The translations under genes and the position numbers were made by a program. 64,000 nucleotides of DNA from a virus. The notes under the pieces were generated by a model. The model searched no databases. It was not told where the DNA came from and was given only the letters and a program-made list of their open reading frames with translations. Positions 56,541 through 64,000 of the stretch are shown in pieces; the stretch's first letter is position 1, and each line of letters begins with the position of its first letter. The stretch covers positions 3,670 through 67,669 of the IMG/VR virus record IMGVR_UViG_3300030333_006336. One strand, written 5' to 3'.

Positions 56541-56945
56541 TTACCCTACTCCAGAAGAACCACTCCAGCTAGGTCCTGCGCTGCCTGAACATCTGTCAAC
56601 TTCGATGCTGGTTAATCCTGCTACCACATCACAAACGGAATTAGCATTACCTGGGCTATAGAGCCACAGTTGAGAAACTTTTAACTCTAAAGGAGGAGTT
56701 TCCTCGTTAGCCTGAACTGAAAAATAATTACTTCCCGAAACTCCTATTTCCGAAAACCCTACTCTAAGAACTGAATTGTCTAGATTAACGATTCTTACCC
56801 AGCGAGTTACATAGGGAAATTCTACTACTGTTGCATCGTCGCACTCAATTCCTGCTGATGCGTAAGGCTGTCCGCTGACTTGGTACGCTCCGACATGATT
56901 AATTCCAACCTTAGCTTGCCAGGATGGGGTGAAATTCGTTGCCAT
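56541..56945 (-). CDS. Hypothetical structural protein
   Basis: 134 aa beta-rich (HVGAYQVSGQPY, VEFPYVTRWV); heads the fibre operon; SD AGGAG. Confidence 0.6.
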   Translation of the reverse strand: MATNFTPSWQAKVGINHVGAYQVSGQPYASAGIECDDATVVEFPYVTRWVRIVNLDNSVLRVGFSEIGVSGSNYFSVQANEETPPLELKVSQLWLYSPGNANSVCDVVAGLTSIEVDRCSGSAGPSWSGSSGVG

Positions 56946-56979
56946 TATAAAGCTCCTATAAATTTAATACTGTTCACTA

Positions 56980-56987
56980 TAATTAGT
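56980..56987 (-). promoter_or_regulatory. Putative late promoter ACTAATTA
   Basis: Recurring motif immediately after the rpsU stop. Confidence 0.6.
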
Positions 56988-56989
56988 CC

Positions 56990-57232
56990 TTACTTTTTTC
57001 TATTACGTCTTTCTTTCGCTCTTTGGCGTTTTCTCTGTTCTCTAAGTCTGGTGCGTTCTGCGCGTAGTCTTTTTTCTTTCTTAGCTACAGAAGGTTTTTT
57101 GTATCGACGATTGTCTTTTACGGTTTCTATGATCTTTTCTTTTTTAACTTTTTTGATAAATCTTCTTATCATTCGTTCAGGATTTCCCCGACACTCTGAC
57201 GCCTTAACAGTTACATTCGCTTTTCTAGACAT
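56990..57232 (-). CDS. rpsU: Ribosomal protein bS21
   Basis: VTV......NPERMIRRFIKKVKKEKIIETVKDNRRYKKPSVAKK matches the bS21 pattern E.AL.RFK+...G...E.R.R.fYeKPS; 80 aa, very basic. Confidence 0.88.
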   Translation of the reverse strand: MSRKANVTVKASECRGNPERMIRRFIKKVKKEKIIETVKDNRRYKKPSVAKKEKRLRAERTRLREQRKRQRAKERRNRKK

Positions 57233-57239
57233 TAATCAC

Positions 57240-57665
57240 CTACTTCATCGCCTGCCAAATTTGAGAAGCGCCGCCCATCAAAGAACTAATGTCTACTCCT
57301 GCGTCACTGGGACTTCCTAGATCGACTGAGCCTGGTTTTGGCTCAGCGGCCTCATAACTACTCATTGCTTCAGTTCCTTCAAATAAATTGACACCATTAT
57401 AGGCATCCGAATTAATTGAAGACATTAATTTTTCACGATGTTCTTGTATTTTTTTATTGGCATTTTGCGTCTTTCTTCGCATTTGTGAAGGAGCGGGCTC
57501 TTTCATTGTTCGTTGATTCCGCACGGATTCTGTTAAAACAGCTCCCTGCATTCCTTGCGCCACTTCTGAAACAATTCCAGATAAAAGCCCTTCTTCTAAA
57601 AGGACTTCATGTATGCACTCTTTTACAAGAGGTTTGATTATTTTTTTTAAATCATTCTTCTTCAT
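57240..57665 (-). CDS. Hypothetical head-module protein
   Basis: MKKNDLKKIIKPLVKECIHEVLLEEG...GVNLFEGT; between protease and rpsU. Confidence 0.7.
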   Translation of the reverse strand: MKKNDLKKIIKPLVKECIHEVLLEEGLLSGIVSEVAQGMQGAVLTESVRNQRTMKEPAPSQMRRKTQNANKKIQEHREKLMSSINSDAYNGVNLFEGTEAMSSYEAAEPKPGSVDLGSPSDAGVDISSLMGGASQIWQAMK

Positions 57666-58275
57666 CAAAGTCACTCAATACTTCATTTAAAAGTCTATTA
57701 ATTCTATCAGCTTTTGTAAAAACGCGAGATGTATCAAATTCTTTAGCTTCGCGCATCATAAAAGCATTAGGTGTCGAAGGCTCAGACACAAAATCAAAAC
57801 AAATAAGTTGAAAATCGTCTTCAACTACAACATGCCCTTGTGCAGACTCGGTAACAGAGCCCATACCTCGTGAGGAAATACCTAGTTTGACACCTGATTC
57901 TACCAAGGATTTAAGAATACCCCCTGAAGGTGTGTCTAAAACTTTTACTTTACCCATCACATTTTTGTTTTCCCACCAAACATCAGTCACCATGTGTGAG
58001 GCGTTCTTTAGGTTGATTACCGAATCATCGGGATGGTCAAGCTCGCCCAACGCTCTACGTTCTTTTACCAATTTTTGGTAATTTTTCATTTCGCGCATTA
58101 AAACTTTATGAGGGTACACTCTTCCATTTCCATTTTGAACATCCGCTTCTTGTAGTTTACCAGACAAGATCATGCCGCCATTGGCCACAAATCTTTTTTC
58201 TTCTTCTGTTAAAAGGTCTTGACAAACACCACCTTCACAAAGTTCATAATATTCTCGTAATAATTTCTGACTCAT
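57652..58275 (-). CDS. Prohead core protease (T4 gp21-like)
   Basis: NGNGRVYP, ALGELDHP (His), LGISSRGMGS (Ser), DFVSEPST (Asp). Confidence 0.96.
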   Translation of the reverse strand: MSQKLLREYYELCEGGVCQDLLTEEEKRFVANGGMILSGKLQEADVQNGNGRVYPHKVLMREMKNYQKLVKERRALGELDHPDDSVINLKNASHMVTDVWWENKNVMGKVKVLDTPSGGILKSLVESGVKLGISSRGMGSVTESAQGHVVVEDDFQLICFDFVSEPSTPNAFMMREAKEFDTSRVFTKADRINRLLNEVLSDFDEEE

Positions 58276-58277
58276 AG

Positions 58278-58346
58278 TTAAGATCCCTTACAGCACCGTC
58301 TCACTGGTTGTAGCATCCACTTAGTTGTGCACATGTCTGTGTTCAT
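58278..58346 (-). CDS. Unannotated 22-aa peptide MNTDMCTTKWMLQPVRRCCKGS
   Basis: AAGGAG SD 6 nt before the ATG; exactly fills the gap and stops 2 nt before the protease ATG. Confidence 0.55.
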   Translation of the reverse strand: MNTDMCTTKWMLQPVRRCCKGS

Positions 58347-58644
58347 GTTTGACTCCTTCGTCTCCAAAAATCATGTTAAATATATATGACGTGCCTGATG
58401 CTAAACCGCCTAAAAGGAAAAAATTAAACACAGAGACATCAAAATTAAATAGTTCTGTGTATGGGGAAAGTAACATTAAAATCCACCCAACATGAAACCC
58501 CATGCACATAGGGCAGTGAAATACCTTTCCGTATCCTCGCAAAAAGTCTTTGGAAGGTCGTATTTTCTTTAACAGTGGCATATCGCTGTATACCAAAATT
58601 TGTGTTAGCCCGTAAGCACATAATATAAAAGTTAATAATTCCAT
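58321..58644 (-). CDS. Small membrane protein with a CxxC motif (DUF1360-like)
   Basis: Three hydrophobic segments, FHCPMCMGFHVG; SD GGAGG. Confidence 0.7.
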   Translation of the reverse strand: MELLTFILCAYGLTQILVYSDMPLLKKIRPSKDFLRGYGKVFHCPMCMGFHVGWILMLLSPYTELFNFDVSVFNFFLLGGLASGTSYIFNMIFGDEGVKHEHRHVHN

Positions 58645-59171
58645 TTTTGCCTCCGCATATCTCGTTTGCCAACTAGTTCGACGGTACCCAAAGCTGTTTC
58701 AACTCCACTTTCAATACCCTTTTGGGCAGTTGCTTTTGCAACTTTCGCTGCACTGATTGCATACTCAGGATCTATTGTCGCCCCAGTTGTCATGGCTTTC
58801 GCCAAAAGTCCCAGTGCGATAACTGGTCCTCCAAATTTTAAAAGAGTCTTAAATGCTGGGTTATTGGCTAAATCGATTCCGGTTTGATAGGTGGCCGTTC
58901 CAGCTTTGAGTCCTAAGTCCGATATGTCGTCCATAAGCCCCTCTTGTTGCATTTTTTCAGATTCTTCTTCTATATTCTGTAAAAGTTGAACAACCTGTTT
59001 AATATCTGGATCCTGTAATAAGGTTTTTCCCGCTGCCTCTAATTCTTTTTTATCTGTTGTTTTTGAAGCTTTCTTAATAAAGTCAGAAGTTTTAATTTTA
59101 TTATTTTTTAAATCCTCAATCCCTTCAGACAATATAAATCTATTCCAATTTTTAAAAATTTGTTCCATCAA
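58632..59171 (-). CDS. Hypothetical protein, possible internal head protein
   Basis: N-terminus MEQIFKNWNRFILSE ends in an L-x-E site. Confidence 0.6.
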   Translation of the reverse strand: MMEQIFKNWNRFILSEGIEDLKNNKIKTSDFIKKASKTTDKKELEAAGKTLLQDPDIKQVVQLLQNIEEESEKMQQEGLMDDISDLGLKAGTATYQTGIDLANNPAFKTLLKFGGPVIALGLLAKAMTTGATIDPEYAISAAKVAKATAQKGIESGVETALGTVELVGKRDMRRQKWNY

Positions 59172-59177
59172 AGGTTC

Positions 59178-59717
59178 CTAAATTGTATACAAATAGCTCA
59201 GTGAGTAGGGATCTCTGATGTAACCTGGGCGAATGGAGCCTTGTTCATCGCGCTGGGGCACTTCTCCTAATTCCGTTGAGTCTTCCTTATCAGGGTGTAT
59301 AAGTTCATCATCGGCCATTGAAACAATCGCCTCAGTGGATTCAAAGTATGGGCGTTCTTCATCAATGAATTGTGAAATATTAATAAGCGCCATCTTGGGA
59401 GCGCTGACACCTTCTGCCATTGGCTTCTCTAAAGTTGCTTCAATAGAACCATAGAACGAGCCGGCTTGAATCGAGTCGGCAACAACTATACCTTTTTTGC
59501 GCAAGTGTGCAAATAATCTATTTTGTGCACCGTATACTAAATCGTTCATAACCTCTTTAGGAAAAGCAGTAACTTTATTCTTAGCCGTAGAAAGAACAAT
59601 ATCGATATCTCCATGATCAAATATCATAAGATCTCCGCTTAGACTTTTACGGATATCCATCTCCAGCCGAACCGTGCGCGGTTCAGCTTCTGTTCCAATT
59701 TTAACTACGATTGCCAT
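59178..59717 (-). CDS. Hypothetical head-module protein
   Basis: 179-aa ORF in the portal operon. Confidence 0.7.
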   Translation of the reverse strand: MAIVVKIGTEAEPRTVRLEMDIRKSLSGDLMIFDHGDIDIVLSTAKNKVTAFPKEVMNDLVYGAQNRLFAHLRKKGIVVADSIQAGSFYGSIEATLEKPMAEGVSAPKMALINISQFIDEERPYFESTEAIVSMADDELIHPDKEDSTELGEVPQRDEQGSIRPGYIRDPYSLSYLYTI

Positions 59718-60537
59718 CAGTATTAATTTCCCTTACGAGTTGCTGTGTTTTCATAACAGTTAGGAGCAGGTTATCACTCAATGGTTGTTTTGAGAACTCA
59801 TTTAAGCGGTTTAGCACCTTATCAGTTTTAAAAACCATGTCTGTATCTGATTTAATTTCTTGACTTGTTTTTGCTTCTTCTAACGCAATTTTAAGTCTTG
59901 CAATTTCTTCGTTTAAATAACTTTTTAAATCAAGAGCATTGTCTACAAAAGAAACAATGTATCTTGTTAGGAGTTCTTTCTGTTCATCTAAAAGCTCTCC
60001 GTTGTATTTGTCATTAAATTTTTGAACAAAAGTTCGATATACCACATTATCAATATCTGTTAAGTTTTCTGTTTGTGCCTTTTGAGCACTCATCATTTTT
60101 TGAGCAACTTCGTTTTCTAAGATAACTTGATTTTTAGGTGAAGCTTTATGAGAAAAGATCTGAGCAATTGTAGCTAAAGTTTTATAATTTGGGACATAAT
60201 TGTTAAACACCTCTGGGGAAAGTTTTTTGTTAACATCATGAATTAGTGCCGTTTGTTTATTAAATAATTCTTGAGGATTAATCACCATTCTTGTAAGTTT
60301 TGCTTCTTTAATAATCTTCTCAGTGGTAAATCTATCTAAGTTTTGAGTTTTATATAGCGAACGATAACAATCTAGATCTCTTTTCAACACGCTGCCTTCA
60401 CAAAAATACTTCTTAATCAAACCAATTGCTTTTTGTTGTCTTTCAGTGTCCTTTTTCAATATTGATACTGTTGCCTCTCTAACAAGGGCCTCATAAATAA
60501 AAGCGCTGTTCCTCTTTTTATTATGCTTATTCTTCAT
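59701..60537 (-). CDS. Hypothetical helical protein downstream of portal
   Basis: 278 aa, KHNKKRNSAFIYEALVRE; overlaps the portal stop. Confidence 0.72.
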   Translation of the reverse strand: MKNKHNKKRNSAFIYEALVREATVSILKKDTERQQKAIGLIKKYFCEGSVLKRDLDCYRSLYKTQNLDRFTTEKIIKEAKLTRMVINPQELFNKQTALIHDVNKKLSPEVFNNYVPNYKTLATIAQIFSHKASPKNQVILENEVAQKMMSAQKAQTENLTDIDNVVYRTFVQKFNDKYNGELLDEQKELLTRYIVSFVDNALDLKSYLNEEIARLKIALEEAKTSQEIKSDTDMVFKTDKVLNRLNEFSKQPLSDNLLLTVMKTQQLVREINTDGNRS

Positions 60538-62530
60538 TCTGTTGCTCCGTTAATGTTTCTGAATGACTTTCTAAACCTTTTATGAGATCTCTCACCGAGT
60601 TGTTTAACTCAAATAATCTAGCCTCGTCTGAAGATTCCTTCAACTTGTAAATAGAGTCTTCCTGTTCGTAAATACCTTTTGAGATACTTGGTATAGTCGA
60701 GATCTCAGAACCGGGGAATACATTTCGCATAGAACTGCCGCCTCTTTCTTTGTTTCCATGTGCAGCAAAGTTGCGTGTGCGCGGACCTGCAGACTTGCGT
60801 TTGTCGGTTCTAACAGGGTGATAAACCTTACCTTTTGAACCGGGTGTAAGACGCGGTTCGTTACGAGAGCCCGGTGGAACCGCCAACAATGGAGAATCAT
60901 CGCCACCGCCAGCATCACCACCAGCATCGCCGGCGGCATCACCACCAAGATCGGGTGCGTCACCCGCTGGCATTTCTTCGCCACCTAGGTCGGCGCCCAG
61001 GTCACCGCCAAGATCTCCGCCCAAGTCGCCACCCAAATCGCCGCCAAGATCACCACCTAAGCCGCCACCTTCGCCGGCTGCTGCAGCTTCTGCGACTGCT
61101 TGAAGTGCCGCATCATGCTTACGGTCGTAAAACATTTCTCTTTGATTGCGCATAAATTCTTCATGCGACATTCCGAAGATGTTATCAGCAACCCAACGAC
61201 GCGAGAAATAGCCTTCTGTTGCGGCGCCGGCAATATCGAACTTAGCCTTCCAATGTTCCAACTCTTGAAGCTCTGCGATTTTCGAGGGATTGTTTAACGA
61301 TAGCTCGAAACCCAGCAGATCATCGCCTCTAAATCCAAGAGTATAAAGATGGATGATTCCAATCTTTGTAAGCTCTGCGATAATGACTCGCTGTAATCTT
61401 TGTATTGTTCTCGCGAATCGAATGTCTTTCTGTGCGAGGGTTGTCTTATCTTCTTCACCGCCTTCACCCATCGTCAAATAAGACTGAGGAATTTTTAGTG
61501 CGGAGAATAGTTTATCTCGTAGATACTTGATATCGTCAATAGCAGTAATGTTTTGAGCGCCGGCCAGGCTTTGGATTTCAGTTGTCGAACCAGGGCGCAC
61601 AGGAATAAAGTAATCTTCTTCAATGCTCATAGGGTTGTAACGTAAATCTACACGGCCAGTATCTGGATCCATCACTTGATGTCTTTTGAGATTCGTTACG
61701 ATTTTCTCCATGTATTGCTCGACATCTTGTGGAGGAATACCGCCGACGTCAATCTTGAATACACGGCGTTCTGAGGAACGAATTACTCGGTAAGCCATCA
61801 TAGCGTCTTCCATTAAAACTAACTGGCGCCAGATGCGACGAGCGGGCTCTAAAATTGATGTTCCATACGGAGCATACTTATCGTTTCCTAAGATTCGAAA
61901 ATGACAAATCTGCCAATTCTCAAAAGTCATTCCAGCTGAGTTCCACTGGTATTGTAGGTAATTTGGATTTGTTGAGTCTTTACCTTCAAGTCTCTCAATC
62001 TCTTGAGCGGGAAGCGCTAGCACAGATGTCACGCCATACTTATCGTCGATGTCTAAGTAAAGAAAGAAATCTCCGTACTTGCACATAGTGCGAGCCCAAC
62101 CGAATAGATTGTATTCGAGGTTGAGAATATTACTAAACAATACTGCCAATACTGCTTTGATTTCTTCGTTTGGACAATTGATGTTTAACATTGGACGAAG
62201 AGCGGAATATGTTGTCATTTCGTCAGAGTAAATATCAAGAGCCGATGCAATTTCTGGCATATACTCCATCTGGTCGAAGTCAACGTATCGCTCAGAACGT
62301 CTTTGGTTTGCGATTGCATTTGTCGCTATAATATCTAAAGGACTGTAAAGCGTCTTTTTAAACTGTTGTCCGGAGGCAGACTTAAATCTTGAGCTAAACT
62401 TATCTAGGTGTTGTCTGCGGATCTTTCGACCGGATTGTGACCGGTAATTAATAATTGGTCCGGAGAACAATCTCGTAAGAGCTTTGAAAAGTTCTGATTG
62501 TCTATTTGCGGGGTTCTTATCAACTGGCAT
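60527..62530 (-). CDS. Portal protein (T4 gp20-like)
   Basis: PEIASALDIYSDE, KYGDFF, PYGTSILE, EDAMMAYR..R..ERRVFKIDVG, EEDYFIP, ALKIP, DIRFARTI. Confidence 0.96.
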   Translation of the reverse strand: MPVDKNPANRQSELFKALTRLFSGPIINYRSQSGRKIRRQHLDKFSSRFKSASGQQFKKTLYSPLDIIATNAIANQRRSERYVDFDQMEYMPEIASALDIYSDEMTTYSALRPMLNINCPNEEIKAVLAVLFSNILNLEYNLFGWARTMCKYGDFFLYLDIDDKYGVTSVLALPAQEIERLEGKDSTNPNYLQYQWNSAGMTFENWQICHFRILGNDKYAPYGTSILEPARRIWRQLVLMEDAMMAYRVIRSSERRVFKIDVGGIPPQDVEQYMEKIVTNLKRHQVMDPDTGRVDLRYNPMSIEEDYFIPVRPGSTTEIQSLAGAQNITAIDDIKYLRDKLFSALKIPQSYLTMGEGGEEDKTTLAQKDIRFARTIQRLQRVIIAELTKIGIIHLYTLGFRGDDLLGFELSLNNPSKIAELQELEHWKAKFDIAGAATEGYFSRRWVADNIFGMSHEEFMRNQREMFYDRKHDAALQAVAEAAAAGEGGGLGGDLGGDLGGDLGGDLGGDLGADLGGEEMPAGDAPDLGGDAAGDAGGDAGGGDDSPLLAVPPGSRNEPRLTPGSKGKVYHPVRTDKRKSAGPRTRNFAAHGNKERGGSSMRNVFPGSEISTIPSISKGIYEQEDSIYKLKESSDEARLFELNNSVRDLIKGLESHSETLTEQQNEE
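60980..61069. repeat. 12-nt degenerate repeat encoding (GGDL)n in the portal tail
   Basis: GGGLGGDLGGDLGGDLGGDLGGDLGADLGG with varied codons. Confidence 0.85.
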
Positions 62531-62538
62531 TTATATTC

Positions 62539-64000
62539 TCACTTAATGATCCATTTATACTGATCGTACATCTTTTTTGCTTGTGTTATTTTATCAAGAG
62601 TATTGTCATTTTTGTAGCCTTTTTGACCTTTAATTCTTGTATTCATGGTAGTTCTTGTAGTAATAATTGCGCTAGCGAAGGCTTTTTGATAATCTAAATT
62701 GCGCGCGTTTGCTTGAAGTGCTGTGTCTCTTACCCAGCATGCAATCGCAAGTGCCATAATTAAATCATCATGATACCCTTTCATCGCTTGTGCTTTACCG
62801 TTCCTCCATATAAAAGTCTTCATTTCGTTAATAGTACGAGAAGAATATATGGTAATTAGTTTGTTTCTGATAAACTCCTCCAATTTGGCCACGATGAGGG
62901 GCCGCGTTTTCATAGAGGTGGTGAATCCGGGTACCGCTGATGTTCTGACTTCCGCTTGATGTTGTTCGATATACTCGTGTGTGGATTTGATAGAGTGATA
63001 GACGTTTGGGTAGCCTTGTTCGATAAGTTTGCCTAAAACAGAATAGCCTATGTTGTTGTTTTCCACTACCAACATACAGCTACCATACTCTCTACCAGTT
63101 TGATCTAACATAGTAGCATACATGTCTAACGTTGGTTTTCCTTGGTATTCAGCTACAACTTCAAGTGTCTCAAGTTTTATAATGTGAAAAGTAGAATAAT
63201 CAGCACCATCGCCACGTGCCACATCAGCCACCATTAGATAATTGCATGTAGGATCATATTCTTCCCAAATCCAAAAGTTACGATCAAAGCCTGTTTTATA
63301 TTTTGGCTCTGCAACATTACTGAGCAGCCACTCCATACACTCTGGATCAACGACTGTTTCTCCTGATGTGTTGAAGTTGCATTCAAGCTCTTGAGCAATT
63401 TGACGCTTTGACATGTTTTTGGTTTCTTTTTTAAACCACTCTTTGTCTCGGTCGGGGTGCACGTCCCACGGCAACGTTGTTAAATTAAAGTTGTTAGTGC
63501 CGGCGTCAGCATCTGTGCATATTTTATGAAACCAATTTCCGACGCCGTTTGGTGTGGAAAGTGCAATGCACCGACCACCTGTTGACAGCGTAGGATATAG
63601 ACCGGTCCACAACTCTTCAAGTCCTTCAATATGTGCTGCCTCGTCCAGCACCAAAAGTGACAGCGCCTCAGAACGACCAGCATCGCCAGAAGTAGATGCA
63701 GCTTTAATTGAAGAACCGTTAGACAACTCAAATGATGTACGGTTGTCCACTGTGATTGTTGCTATCTTCAGCCAATCGGGAAGATTACGCATAATGTTCT
63801 TGACTTTCTTGACCAAGTTTCCTGCGGTTGCAAACTTAGTTGCCATAACAAGAATGGCCTTATCGCGATGAAACAACATCATCCATACAATATAGCCAGC
63901 AGTAATCGTTGATATTCCAAGCTGACGCGCTTTTAGAATAATATTAAAACGATAATCATTAAAGTCAGTGAGTAATTCATCTTGAAAGTCATAAGTGTTG
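62539..64000 (-). CDS. terL: Terminase large subunit (T4 gp17-like), 5'-truncated by the window
   Basis: Frame open to the edge: YDFQ...ILKARQLGIST (Walker A), LVLDEAAH (Walker B), STPNG, ADVARGDG.D, HDDLIMA. Confidence 0.96.
   Translation of the reverse strand, partial: NTYDFQDELLTDFNDYRFNIILKARQLGISTITAGYIVWMMLFHRDKAILVMATKFATAGNLVKKVKNIMRNLPDWLKIATITVDNRTSFELSNGSSIKAASTSGDAGRSEALSLLVLDEAAHIEGLEELWTGLYPTLSTGGRCIALSTPNGVGNWFHKICTDADAGTNNFNLTTLPWDVHPDRDKEWFKKETKNMSKRQIAQELECNFNTSGETVVDPECMEWLLSNVAEPKYKTGFDRNFWIWEEYDPTCNYLMVADVARGDGADYSTFHIIKLETLEVVAEYQGKPTLDMYATMLDQTGREYGSCMLVVENNNIGYSVLGKLIEQGYPNVYHSIKSTHEYIEQHQAEVRTSAVPGFTTSMKTRPLIVAKLEEFIRNKLITIYSSRTINEMKTFIWRNGKAQAMKGYHDDLIMALAIACWVRDTALQANARNLDYQKAFASAIITTRTTMNTRIKGQKGYKNDNTLDKITQAKKMYDQYKWIIK

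Noticed and set aside
1-64000. Stop-codon reassignment, inteins or introns
   Set aside because: Conserved genes are full length in the standard code and end in TAA, TAG or TGA; dnaE, nrdJ, helicase, recA and terminase show no intein-sized insertions
1-64000. CRISPR array, tRNAs, DGR or IS elements
   Set aside because: Intergenic gaps are short with no regularly spaced repeats or cloverleafs; no reverse transcriptase or transposase motifs seen

Overview
This is a 64-kb segment of a large, T4-like myophage genome (inferred to be aquatic) with every credible gene on the minus strand. In transcription order (right to left) the head module runs: large terminase (truncated), portal, prohead protease, ribosomal protein bS21, a cluster of putative fibre/decoration proteins, scaffold and major capsid protein. 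The tail module follows: neck proteins, sheath, tube, a tail-assembly chaperone with a probable programmed frameshift, tape measure and baseplate genes. The replication/repair block contains a family-A polymerase coupled to a degenerate tubulin, gp32-like SSB, ParB-like protein plus adenine MTase, RecA, UvdE, 5'-3' exonuclease, helicase, class II RNR, GroES, amidase endolysin, two degenerate enzyme-fold proteins and DnaE. The left end holds two ClpP paralogues, a J-domain protein, thioredoxin, a second adenine MTase, IMPDH/GMPR, a stand-alone sigma region-4 protein and GroEL (truncated). Two promoter classes are readable: consensus sigma70 promoters before replication/chaperone genes and a short (A)CTAHTTA motif before virion genes. 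No tRNA, rRNA, CRISPR or IS element was seen. All calls come from motif recognition by eye; no database searches were run.
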